Assembly: GCA_028706655.1 (NCBI GenBank)
Contig: JAQTVW010000001.1
Span: 1-47,967, forward strand
Length of the DNA stretch: 47,967 nucleotides
Reading direction: 5' to 3'
Source of the DNA: Dehalococcoidales bacterium
GTDB taxonomy: Bacteria > Chloroflexota > Dehalococcoidia > Dehalococcoidales > RBG-16-60-22
Part shown: positions 25,742 to 34,445 of the stretch, piece after piece
How positions within the stretch are numbered: position 1 is the stretch's first letter
Layout of the letters: the number at the start of each line of letters is the position of its first letter
Made by a program: the position numbers and the translations under genes
Notes under the pieces: model-generated
Told to the model about the DNA's origin: nothing
Seen by the model: only the letters and a program-made list of their open reading frames with translations
Databases searched by the model: none

Positions 25742-26068
25742 TCACTGTTTCGTGTTGTTTGCCAGCCACTGGAGATAGTCCGGGTTGCCGCCGATAATGG
25801 GCATCGCGATTATTTCCGGCACGCTGTAGCTGTGCATCTTCTTCACCGTTGATATTATTTCACCCAGCAGGGCAGCGCGGCTCTTGACTACCAGCAGACA
25901 TTCCTGGGCATTCTCAATCTTGTTCTGCCACCAGAAATGCGAGTCAACAGCCGGAATGATATTAACGCAGGCAGCCTGGTGAGCTTCCAGCAGCGCCCGG
26001 GAAATCTTCTGCGCTTCCGCTTTGGAGGAGGTCGTGACGAAAACGATGATAAAATCGGTCGTCGTCAT
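25742..26068 (-). CDS. cutA: divalent-cation tolerance protein CutA
   Basis: 108 aa. It shows the CutA1 pattern (VFVTTSSKAEAQKISRALLE...AACVNI...S.FWWQ...E..L..K...HSYSVPEI). Confidence 0.85.
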   Translation of the reverse strand: MTTTDFIIVFVTTSSKAEAQKISRALLEAHQAACVNIIPAVDSHFWWQNKIENAQECLLVVKSRAALLGEIISTVKKMHSYSVPEIIAMPIIGGNPDYLQWLANNTKQ

Positions 26069-26072
26069 TGGC

Positions 26073-26989
26073 TTAGACCAGCGCCAGCATTTTGTCTAAC
26101 GCCTGCTTCGCCCGGACGCGGATGTCTTCCGGTACTGTGATGCGCGGATCCAGTTCTTCCAGCGACCACAGGATTTTGGGCAGGGTAATCAGCTTCATAT
26201 TTGGGCAGACCGCCCGCTTTGAGACAGCATAGAACTTCTTATCGGGATTTTCTTTATCCAGCCGGTGGATGAGTCCGCTCTCGGTGCCGACAATCACTTC
26301 TGTGACGTCCGGTTGTTTGGCGTAACGGAGCATGCCGCCGGTGCTCAGTACTTCATCGGCAAGGGCGATAATTTCCGGGCGGCTTTCGGGATGGACGACG
26401 ACCTTCGCCTGCGGGTGCTCCTGCTTCAGTTTTGCAATGTCTTCGGGCAGGATGCGGGCGTGGGTGGGCAGTAGCCGGGCCAGAGGTGCATTTTTTTACC
26501 GGTCTTCGCCGCGACATATTGTCCCAGGAATTGGTCGGGGACAAACAGGATTTCCCGTTCGCCGAGGCTCTGTACCACTTTCACGGCGTTTGCCGAGGTG
26601 CAGCAGATGTCCGATTCCGCCTTGACGGCGGCAGAGGTATTGACATAGCAGACCACTGCGACGCCGGGAATCTGTTCTTTCATGCGCCTCAACTGTTCCG
26701 GGGTAATCATATCCGCCATCGGGCAGCCGGCGCGGGCATCGGGCAGCAGCACTATTCGTGAGGGATTGAGAATCGCCGCGGTTTCCGCCATGAAATGCAC
26801 GCCGCAGAAAACGATGACGTCCGCGGTGGTTTTTGCCGCCTGCTGACTCAGTTCCAGCGAATCGCCCACAAAATCGGCGATGTCCTGGACTTCGCCTAAC
26901 TGGTAGTTGTGCGCCAGGATGACGGCGTTTTTAGCTTTCTTGAGCTTGAGGATTTTGTCCTGGATGGTCAATTCCTGTTCCAGTGTCAT
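26073..26989 (-). pseudogene. nadA: quinolinate synthase NadA interrupted by a 1-nt deletion (frameshift near 26462-26470)
   Basis: The N-terminal 187-aa ORF (26426..26989) reads ...[17 protein letters not shown]. The true continuation [52 protein letters not shown]... is in another frame and joins ORF 26073..26333. The 917-nt span plus 1 nt gives 306 codons, a normal NadA length. Confidence 0.8.
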
Positions 26990-27429
26990 AATTTTTCCCC
27001 GATTTCTATTTTATCGCCGGGCTTTATCCTGCCGCCCTTTATCACGCGGGCAAATACGCCTTCCAATGGCATGATGCACTTGCCCACCTGTTTACGGATG
27101 GCGCAGGCGGTGTGGCATTCCTTGCCATGCTGGCTCATCTCCAGGATGACATCTTGACCCACGCGGAGCTTTGTACCGACGGGTATCGCGAGCAGGTCGA
27201 TGTCTTTCGTGGTAAGGTTCTCGCCGAAATCGCCGGGAACGAGCTTCAGTCCGCTGGCGCGCATTTTGTTGATGCTCTCTTCCGCTAGCAGGCTGACCTG
27301 CCGGTGCCATTCGCTGGAAGCGTGGGCATCGCCGACCATCCCGAAATTCTCCTTGAAGACTCCTTCGGGGACAGCTTCCTTGCGGACGCCCTTGATATCG
27401 CTCTTACATACGGCGATTACTGATGCCAC
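26986..27429 (-). CDS. MOSC domain-containing protein
   Basis: The pattern is MOSC beta-barrel (GDAHA...RQVSLL...[10 protein letters not shown]...G..L.VG...LE.SQ....C). I prefer the GTG at 27429, which has a GGAG SD 7 nt upstream. The ORF track start at 27507 would run deep into mnmA. The chosen start overlaps the mnmA 3' end by 26 nt. Confidence 0.7.
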   Translation of the reverse strand: MASVIAVCKSDIKGVRKEAVPEGVFKENFGMVGDAHASSEWHRQVSLLAEESINKMRASGLKLVPGDFGENLTTKDIDLLAIPVGTKLRVGQDVILEMSQHGKECHTACAIRKQVGKCIMPLEGVFARVIKGGRIKPGDKIEIGEKL

Positions 27430-28555
27430 CTGCAGACTCCTTCGCTTTGCTTGCGGCTTGTTCGATGGTGCCGCCGCCCAGCACCGTATCCCCGTCATAA
27501 AAGACAATCGATTGTCCCGGTGTAATTGCCATCTGCGGGGGCGCGAAAACCACGCTTACTCTATCGCCGTCAAGAGGTGTGACCAGAGCTTCTGCTCCGG
27601 GATGGCGGTATCTGATTTTAGCGTTTACGGTAATCGGTTGCTCCGGGCGCGCGATTGCACTCCAGGTCACACCGGCGGCAGTCAGCTCCCGCTCGTAAGT
27701 ATCGTCTTTGCCGCCGACCACGATGGCGTTGCGCTTGGCATCGATAGCGGTCACATATAGCGGCTCCGGTGCGGCGATACCGAGCCCTTGCCGCTGCCCG
27801 ACGGTATAGAACGGCAAGCCGCGATGCTGCCCCAGTATGTTCCCGTCCTTATCCAGGACCGGTCCAGGTCTGGCTTCCCCCTGCATCATTTCTGCGTAGT
27901 CCCCGGAGATGAAGTTCTGGCTGTCCGGCTTATCGGCAACCTGCAGCCCGAAGCGCGCTGCCATCGCCCTGACCTCGGTCTTGGTATAACCGCCCAGCGG
28001 CAGCATCAACCGGCTGAGTTGTTCCTGCGACAGCCGGTACAGAAAATAGGACTGGTCTTTGGACAGGTCTTTAGCCTGCTTCAAAAGGTAACGGTTCTGC
28101 GCCGGGTCATATTCCACGCGGGCGTAATGCCCGCTGGCGACGAAATCGAACTCCAGCCCGCTGTCCCTCGCCTTCTCTATCAGGGCGTGAAACTTGATTT
28201 GATGATTGCATTTCACGCAGGGATTGGGCGTCCGCCCGGAGAGGTACTCCTGGCAAAAATAGTCCAGGATGGTGGTCTTGTATTCTTTCGTCAGGTCGAT
28301 GACATGAAAGGGGATGTTTAACGATTCCGCGACCCTGCGGGCGTCTTCGATATCATAAGGTTCTTCCGGTCCGTAGCACCCGTGATGCGCGCCACCGCCG
28401 GATACTTCCGTCCCGTCCCATATCTTCATGGTGACGCCGGTGACCTGATAGCCCTGTTCTTTGAGCAGGGCTGCGGCGACTGAAGAATCGACGCCGCCGC
28501 TCATGGCGACGAGGACCCTGATGTTTTTATTTCCGGGGCTATTTTGAATCGCCAC
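27404..28555 (-). CDS. mnmA: tRNA-specific 2-thiouridylase (tRNA U34 2-thiolation)
   Basis: PP-loop [10 protein letters not shown] and catalytic Cys context NPCVKCN. I prefer the GTG at 28555 (GAGGA SD 5 nt upstream). The ORF-track TTG at 28576 is the alternative. The 5' end overlaps the cysE stop. Confidence 0.88.
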   Translation of the reverse strand: MAIQNSPGNKNIRVLVAMSGGVDSSVAAALLKEQGYQVTGVTMKIWDGTEVSGGGAHHGCYGPEEPYDIEDARRVAESLNIPFHVIDLTKEYKTTILDYFCQEYLSGRTPNPCVKCNHQIKFHALIEKARDSGLEFDFVASGHYARVEYDPAQNRYLLKQAKDLSKDQSYFLYRLSQEQLSRLMLPLGGYTKTEVRAMAARFGLQVADKPDSQNFISGDYAEMMQGEARPGPVLDKDGNILGQHRGLPFYTVGQRQGLGIAAPEPLYVTAIDAKRNAIVVGGKDDTYERELTAAGVTWSAIARPEQPITVNAKIRYRHPGAEALVTPLDGDRVSVVFAPPQMAITPGQSIVFYDGDTVLGGGTIEQAASKAKESAGGISNRRM

Positions 28556-29258
28556 CGCTATCCTCGACTTCGGCAATAACTTCCTGGTGCTCTTCCGGGG
28601 CTTCTACAGGCGGTGTAACGCCGGCGACGCTCTCCAGTTTGCCCAGTCGGTCTTCGACCTTGTGCAGCTCCTGGTGCACCAGCCGGATAACTTCCGCCAC
28701 CGGGTCGGGCAGTTTGCCGTGCTCCAGGTCCTGGTAGGGCTTGAGGCGGTCACGGACAACTTTACCGGGGATGCCCACGACCGTCGCGCCCGGCGGCACA
28801 TCTTTGATGACCACCGAGCCGGAGCCGATGCGCGCGCCGTCCCCGATGGTGATTGCGCCGAGGGCAATGGAACCGCTACCCATCTCCACGTTGTTACCCA
28901 GCGTGGGATGGCGCTTCTTCTTTTCCAGCGTCGTGCCGCCCAGCACTACCCCCTGGTAGAGAAGGACATCATCGCCGATTTCCGCGGTCTCGCCGATAAC
29001 CACTCCCGAACCGTGGTCGATGAAGAAACGGCGCCCGATTTTCGCGCCCGGATGGATTTCGATGCCCGTGAAAAACCGGCTCCAGTGCGAATTCAATCGC
29101 GCGAAGAATTTCAGATTATGGTTCCACATCCAGTGGGAGCAACGATGAGACCACAGGGCATGCAGACCGGGATAGCAGCACAGCACTTCGAGGGTGCTGC
29201 GGGCTGCCGGGTCTTTGGTGAATACGGTGCGAATGTCTTCTCTGAGTGTCTTAAACAT
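28539..29258 (-). CDS. cysE: serine O-acetyltransferase
   Basis: It has the N-terminal SATase helical domain and hexapeptide repeats ([11 protein letters not shown]...[19 protein letters not shown]...). A roughly 45-aa C-terminal extension follows. Confidence 0.88.
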   Translation of the reverse strand: MFKTLREDIRTVFTKDPAARSTLEVLCCYPGLHALWSHRCSHWMWNHNLKFFARLNSHWSRFFTGIEIHPGAKIGRRFFIDHGSGVVIGETAEIGDDVLLYQGVVLGGTTLEKKKRHPTLGNNVEMGSGSIALGAITIGDGARIGSGSVVIKDVPPGATVVGIPGKVVRDRLKPYQDLEHGKLPDPVAEVIRLVHQELHKVEDRLGKLESVAGVTPPVEAPEEHQEVIAEVEDSGGDSK

Positions 29259-29353
29259 AGAGCCTCATCATTTGCCTTATGTCACTAACTGCCTATATTA
29301 TACCGCTTTTTACGTTCAATGCTGAAGTTGACTGCATGACATTCTCTTGATGA

Positions 29354-30334
29354 TTAAGGCTTTGCTTCCTGGAACAGCACTGTGGATAGGTAGCGTTCGC
29401 CGGTGTCAGGAAGCAGGGCGACGATGAGCTTGCCCTTGTTTTCAGCCCGGCGGGCGATTTCCACCGCCGCCCAAGCGACTGCCCCGGAGGATATCCCCGC
29501 CAAAATGCCTTCTTCTTTCGCCAGACGGCGCGCCATTCCTATCGCGTCATTGTCTGCTACTTGTAGGACTTCATCTATCAGGCTTCGATTCAGCACCTCG
29601 GGAACGAATCCCGCGCCGATGCCCTGGATTTTATGCGCCCCCGGTTTGCCGCCGGAAAGGATAGGCGAACCGGCCGGCTCGACGGCGATTGCACGGAAGC
29701 CGGGCTTCTTTGATTTGATTGCCTCGGCGACTCCGGTGATGGTCCCTCCCGTGCCGACTCCGGCAACAAAGCAATCTACTTTACCATTAGTATCGCGCCA
29801 GATTTCTTCGCCGGTGGTCAGGCGGTGGATTTCCGGATTAGCCGGATTTTTGAACTGTTGCGGCATGAAATACCGCGGGTCCTCAGCTACCAATTGTTCA
29901 GCCTTCTTGATAGCGCCCGGCATACCTTCGCTCCCCGGCGTGAGCACCACCCGCGCCCCCAGCGCCGCGAGCAGTTGCCGGCGCTCTACGGACATGGTCT
30001 CGGGCATGGTCAGGACGAGCTGATATCCCCGCGCGGCGCACACGAAGGCGAGTGCAATGCCGGTATTGCCGCTCGTCGGCTCGACTATGACCGTATCTTT
30101 CTTGATCAGACCTTTGGCTTCGGCATAGGCAATCATGGCGACTCCGATGCGGTCTTTGACGCTGCCGGCGGGATTGAATGATTCCAGCTTGGCGGCGACC
30201 TCCGCTACGGCGCCTTTTGTGACATGGTTCAGCCGGACCAGCGGCGTATTGCCGATGAGATGTGTCGTATCCGGAGCGATGCCCCGGGTCAACTTGAGGA
30301 TTTCCGTATTCCAGTATTTTACCGTTTCAGTCAC
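29354..30334 (-). CDS. cysK: cysteine synthase A (O-acetylserine sulfhydrylase)
   Basis: IGNTPLVRL, the PLP lysine in [15 protein letters not shown] and [10 protein letters not shown]. The GTG at 30334 lies 7 nt after an AAGGAG SD. The longer ORF-track N-terminus would overlap the Rrf2 gene. Confidence 0.9.
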   Translation of the reverse strand: MTETVKYWNTEILKLTRGIAPDTTHLIGNTPLVRLNHVTKGAVAEVAAKLESFNPAGSVKDRIGVAMIAYAEAKGLIKKDTVIVEPTSGNTGIALAFVCAARGYQLVLTMPETMSVERRQLLAALGARVVLTPGSEGMPGAIKKAEQLVAEDPRYFMPQQFKNPANPEIHRLTTGEEIWRDTNGKVDCFVAGVGTGGTITGVAEAIKSKKPGFRAIAVEPAGSPILSGGKPGAHKIQGIGAGFVPEVLNRSLIDEVLQVADNDAIGMARRLAKEEGILAGISSGAVAWAAVEIARRAENKGKLIVALLPDTGERYLSTVLFQEAKP

Positions 30335-30345
30335 TTTGCTGCTCC

Positions 30346-30789
30346 TTACACGTAGTACATTGCCTGTCCCGCGGACTCTTTGCTCTTCTGGCGCTCCGCT
30401 AAATCGTGCAGGGTTATCCCTTCGAGGAAATTCCGTACCACCATTTGCATATCGCACCAGACATCGCGGGTGGCGCACTCACGGAAGCGGTCGCATACCT
30501 CCGGTTTGTCCACGCATTCAACGGGCGTAAACGAGCCTTCGAGGAGCTCGATGATTTCAGCGAGGGTGATTTGTTCGGGGGCTTTTGCCAGCATCACGCC
30601 GCCCTTCGCTCCGCGGATACTCCTTACGATACCGGCATTGACCAGCGGTGTGATGAGGTGTTCGAGGTAGTGCAGGGAGATTTCCTGCCGCCGGGCAATG
30701 TCTTTGAGTTGAACGGGCTCGTCAGGCGGCTGGAGCGCCAGGTCGAGCAGCGCCCTTGTGCCGTACCTTGCCCTGGTCGATAGTTTCAT
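30346..30789 (-). CDS. Rrf2-family transcriptional regulator (IscR/CymR-like, three-Cys cluster motif)
   Basis: [18 protein letters not shown] wHTH, with [14 protein letters not shown] cysteines. The ATG at 30789 has a GGAG SD. Confidence 0.85.
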   Translation of the reverse strand: MKLSTRARYGTRALLDLALQPPDEPVQLKDIARRQEISLHYLEHLITPLVNAGIVRSIRGAKGGVMLAKAPEQITLAEIIELLEGSFTPVECVDKPEVCDRFRECATRDVWCDMQMVVRNFLEGITLHDLAERQKSKESAGQAMYYV

Positions 30790-30934
30790 AACATTGTCTC
30801 CATTGTTGACCAAAATAATAGGGATTGTTTTAAATTTATCATGGCATCAATCAACATGTCAATAGCCGCTACGCTGGTCGTCAGGCTTGCTTAGGTGGTA
30901 TGATAAATACAAAATATACTCAGGAGGCGAATCC

Positions 30935-32341
30935 TTGTCGATAAAACTAACTTTCCTCGGCGCGGCGCAAAATGTCACCGGCTCGCAATACTTGCTGGAA
31001 GCGAATAATATCCGGCTGTTGATAGACTGCGGGCTGCACCAGGAAAGGGAGTTTAAGAGCCGGGACTGGGGTCCTTTCCACTATCCTCTGGACAGCATCG
31101 ATGTGGTGCTGCTGACTCATGCCCATCTAGATCACAGCGGTCTGCTGCCCAAGCTGGTGCGCGAAGGCTACCGCGGCAAGATTTACAGCACCACCGCCAC
31201 CGCGGAGATTGCCCAGATTATTTTGCAGGACTCCGCCAAGATTATGGAAGAAGACGCCGAGCAGAAGAAGAAAAGACACGAGCGCGAGGGCAGGCAAGCT
31301 CCTTTCCCGGAAATCCCGCTCTATACCGTCGCGGATGCACAGGCGGCGGCGCCCTATTTTGCGCCGGTAGATTATGAAAAACCGCTCAAGTTCGGCGAAA
31401 ATGTCGAGGTCTCTTTTCACGATGCCGGGCATGTTCTCGGTTCGGCGATGCTCAAAATTGTCGTGACTGAAGGTCAGGAGAAACGTACTATCGTCTTCTC
31501 CGGTGATGTCGGCGCGCGTAATAAACCGATACTGCGCGACCTGACGGTCTTTCCGCAGGCGGACTATGTCGTTATAGAGTCCACCTACGGCGACCGGCTG
31601 CATGAGCGTCCCGGAAACATCGCCGAGGACCTCGCCGATGTTATCAACTACACCGTTCAGGCGAGGGGCAACATCGTGGTGCCCAGTTTCGCGCTGGAGC
31701 GGTCGCAGGAGATGCTCTTTTACATGAACGGGTTACTCCGTGAGAACCGTATTCCGCATATCATCGTCTTTGCCGACAGCCCCATGGCAAACAATATTAC
31801 CGGTATTTTTGAACGCCATCCCGAGCTTTATGATAAAGAAATGACGGAACTCCTCCACCAGCACAAGAACCCATTCCGCTTTCCCGGGTTGGAATATGTC
31901 AATACTGTGGAGGAGTCCAAGGCAATCAACCATGTCGTCGGGACTGCGATGATAATTGCCGGCTCCGGTATGTGCAACGGCGGAAGGGTGAAACACCACC
32001 TCGTTTCTAATATTTCCCGGCGGGAAAGCACAATTCTGTTTATCGGATATCAGGCTCAGGGTACGCTGGGCAGACGCATCCTGGATGGGGATAAAATAGT
32101 GCGTATACTGGGGCAGAACTACCGGGTGCGCGCAAAAATCGCCCAGATACACGGCTTTTCCGGTCATGCGGACCGGGACGGGCTTTACCAATGGCTTACC
32201 GCACTGGGAAAACCGCCGCGCCGGGTTATCGTCACGCATGGTGAAATAGACTCAGCCCATCGCTTTGCCGATTTTGTGGCGAAAGGTACCGGCTGGCAGG
32301 TCGCCGTACCGGCGTATGGCGATACTCTGCAACTAAGCTAA
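30935..32341 (+). CDS. MBL-fold beta-CASP ribonuclease (RNase J/CPSF-like)
   Basis: HAHLDHSG motif, beta-CASP region and C-terminal GFSGHAD. I prefer the TTG at 30935, which follows an AGGAGG SD, to the upstream TTG/ATG of the ORF track. Confidence 0.8.
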   Translation: MSIKLTFLGAAQNVTGSQYLLEANNIRLLIDCGLHQEREFKSRDWGPFHYPLDSIDVVLLTHAHLDHSGLLPKLVREGYRGKIYSTTATAEIAQIILQDSAKIMEEDAEQKKKRHEREGRQAPFPEIPLYTVADAQAAAPYFAPVDYEKPLKFGENVEVSFHDAGHVLGSAMLKIVVTEGQEKRTIVFSGDVGARNKPILRDLTVFPQADYVVIESTYGDRLHERPGNIAEDLADVINYTVQARGNIVVPSFALERSQEMLFYMNGLLRENRIPHIIVFADSPMANNITGIFERHPELYDKEMTELLHQHKNPFRFPGLEYVNTVEESKAINHVVGTAMIIAGSGMCNGGRVKHHLVSNISRRESTILFIGYQAQGTLGRRILDGDKIVRILGQNYRVRAKIAQIHGFSGHADRDGLYQWLTALGKPPRRVIVTHGEIDSAHRFADFVAKGTGWQVAVPAYGDTLQLS

Positions 32342-32371
32342 GCCAGATTTCGGAATCGAAAACCGGACTGC

Positions 32372-32400
32372 TTTACAATTTGTGTCCCGTGTTGTATAAA
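32372..32400 (+). promoter_or_regulatory. sigma-70-like promoter of the sel operon
   Basis: TTTACA (32372-32377), a 17-nt spacer and TATAAA (32395-32400). It ends 9 nt before the selA ATG, so the mRNA may be near-leaderless. Confidence 0.45.
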
Positions 32401-32408
32401 GTACGTAC

Positions 32409-33770
32409 ATGACAAACGAATTCCGCAACCTGCCCGCCGTGGATAAAATTCTCTCCGATGAGCGAATCAGGTCGCTGGAGGGGACTTATCCCCATGAGCT
32501 AATCGTAGACCTCTCCAGAGAGCAGTCGGAGCAGGAGCGCCGCCGGATTGCCGGCGGGAAAAAGCCGCATACAGCGCAAGAGATTGCCGCGGCGGTCTTG
32601 GCGGAAGTGCAGGCTCTGGAAACGCCAAATTTGCGCCCGGTGATTAATGCCACCGGTGTTATCCTGCATACCAACCTGGGACGCGCTCCCCTGAGTCCTG
32701 GAGCGATTGCGGCGATGGATAGGGTCTGCCGTGGCTACTCCAACCTGGAGTTCGACCTGGAAAGCGGCAAGCGCGGCTCGCGGGACAGTCACATCGAGAC
32801 GCTGGTCTGTCGGTTGACCGGCGCCGAAGCGGCGATAGTCGTGAACAATAATGCCGCTGCCGTCCTGCTGGGGCTGAGCGGCCTGGCAAAACGCAAAGAG
32901 GTCATCGTCTCGCGGGGACAGGCGGTGGAAATCGGGGGCGGTTTCCGCATCCCGGATGTCATGCGTCAGAGCGGTGCGAAACTGATTGAAGTGGGGACGA
33001 CCAACTGCACCTACCCCGCCGATTATGAGCAAGCCATCACCGAACGCACTGCGGCACTGTTGCGGGTGCACTCCAGCAATTTCAAGGTCGTCGGCTTTAC
33101 GAATGAGGTTACTATCGAAGAACTGGCGGCGCTGGGCGAAGCGAAGAATGTGCCTGTTTTTGACGACCTCGGCAGCGGCTGTTTCCTGGATACGACAAAA
33201 TATGGTCTCGCTTATGAGCCGATGGTGTCGCAGAGTATTGCCTGCGGCGCGGCGCTGGCGTTTTTCTCCGGAGATAAGCTGGTGGGCGGCCCGCAGGCGG
33301 GCATTATCGCCGGGAAGAAAGAATATATCGATAAACTGCGCAAACACCCGCTGGTAAGGGCGATGCGGATTGACAAGATACGGCTGGCAGGTCTGGCGGC
33401 AACCCTGCTTCATTATTTGAAAGGCGAGGCGGAAAGCAAAGTGCCGGTCTGGCGTATGATTGCCTCACCGATTGCCGATATCGAAAGCCGGGCAAACCGG
33501 TGGGCGGATGCTTTGGGCAAGAGGGCTGAGGTCGTCAGCGGGGAAAGCATGGTGGGCGGCGGCAGCCTGCCCGGCGGGACGCTGCCGACGCGTCTGGTCG
33601 CCATCGGCAGGCAGGATGCCGCGCTGGCCCAGCGTTTGAGCCGGCAGTTGCGGCACCAGGAAGTGCCCGTCATCGGAAGGATTGAACAGGAGACCCTGCT
33701 CCTCGACCCGCGCTCGGTCCTCCCGGAAGAAGACGACATAATATTGCAGTTATTGCGTAATTTACAATAG
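32409..33770 (+). CDS. selA: L-seryl-tRNA(Sec) selenium transferase
   Basis: 453 aa. The N-terminus FRNLPAVDKIL is typical of SelA, followed by INATGVILHTNLGRAP and the PLP-Lys region FSGDKLVGGPQAG. Confidence 0.9.
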   Translation: MTNEFRNLPAVDKILSDERIRSLEGTYPHELIVDLSREQSEQERRRIAGGKKPHTAQEIAAAVLAEVQALETPNLRPVINATGVILHTNLGRAPLSPGAIAAMDRVCRGYSNLEFDLESGKRGSRDSHIETLVCRLTGAEAAIVVNNNAAAVLLGLSGLAKRKEVIVSRGQAVEIGGGFRIPDVMRQSGAKLIEVGTTNCTYPADYEQAITERTAALLRVHSSNFKVVGFTNEVTIEELAALGEAKNVPVFDDLGSGCFLDTTKYGLAYEPMVSQSIACGAALAFFSGDKLVGGPQAGIIAGKKEYIDKLRKHPLVRAMRIDKIRLAGLAATLLHYLKGEAESKVPVWRMIASPIADIESRANRWADALGKRAEVVSGESMVGGGSLPGGTLPTRLVAIGRQDAALAQRLSRQLRHQEVPVIGRIEQETLLLDPRSVLPEEDDIILQLLRNLQ

Positions 33771-33787
33771 CTGAGGAGCATCGCAAG

Positions 33788-34441
33788 ATGACCGGCAGCA
33801 TTAATAAATACTGGGTAAAATGGACCATTGCCTGCGGCGCCGGAGAATTAATTGGTATTGGTGCGGCGGCGGGAATCTGGGTGCTGCATTCGCGGTTCCT
33901 CGGCGAGCCGCAGACAGCGGGGCGGCGTCTGTTGCTGATTGTGATAATGATGCTGGCAGGAATTATCGAAGGGTCGGTTACCGGCGCTTTCCAGTGGGCG
34001 GTGTTGAAGATTAGATTTGCGGACATCAGGGCGCGGAACTGGCTTTTTTACACTGCGCTGGGCGCGGCTGTTGCCTGGCTGCTGGGGATGTTGCCGTCTA
34101 CTTTCATACCGCAGGACGGTGGAGGTATGGCGGATATCGCCGGCTGGCAAATGATATTACTTTCGGCAGCACTCGGCATATTTCTGGGGGCGCTTTTCGG
34201 GGCGGCGCAGTGGCTGGAGCTAAGGAAACATACCCCTGACGCCATTCGCTGGATTCCGGCGAATCTGCTGGCATGGATGGTTGGCTTAGCGGTTATCTTT
34301 GCCGGCGCGGCGATTCCCGGCGAGGAAACGGCTTTGTTTGTAACCATCATTATCGGTGCGGTCTCAGGTCTGCTGGGCGGGCTCTCTGTTGGGGCTGTTA
34401 CCGGGCTGTTTCTCATTAAATTAAATCCTGAGCGAGGTTAG
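33788..34441 (+). CDS. uncharacterised polytopic membrane protein (about 6 TM, internal repeat) embedded in the sel operon
   Basis: 217 aa. It lies 17 nt after the selA stop and 4 nt before the selB start. A Gly-rich helix motif ending in QW..L(K/R) recurs (GSVTGAFQWAVLK, GALFGAAQWLELRK). I recognise no family. Confidence 0.7.
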   Translation: MTGSINKYWVKWTIACGAGELIGIGAAAGIWVLHSRFLGEPQTAGRRLLLIVIMMLAGIIEGSVTGAFQWAVLKIRFADIRARNWLFYTALGAAVAWLLGMLPSTFIPQDGGGMADIAGWQMILLSAALGIFLGALFGAAQWLELRKHTPDAIRWIPANLLAWMVGLAVIFAGAAIPGEETALFVTIIIGAVSGLLGGLSVGAVTGLFLIKLNPERG

Positions 34442-34445
34442 CTTC

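Noticed and set aside
26485-26491. T7/A7 homopolymer as the site of the nadA frameshift
   Set aside because: The conserved NadA residues ([12 protein letters not shown]) read correctly through and beyond the homopolymer in the N-terminal frame. The frame change must occur about 20 nt further 3' on the coding strand, in the CCCACCCA motif at about 26462-26470.
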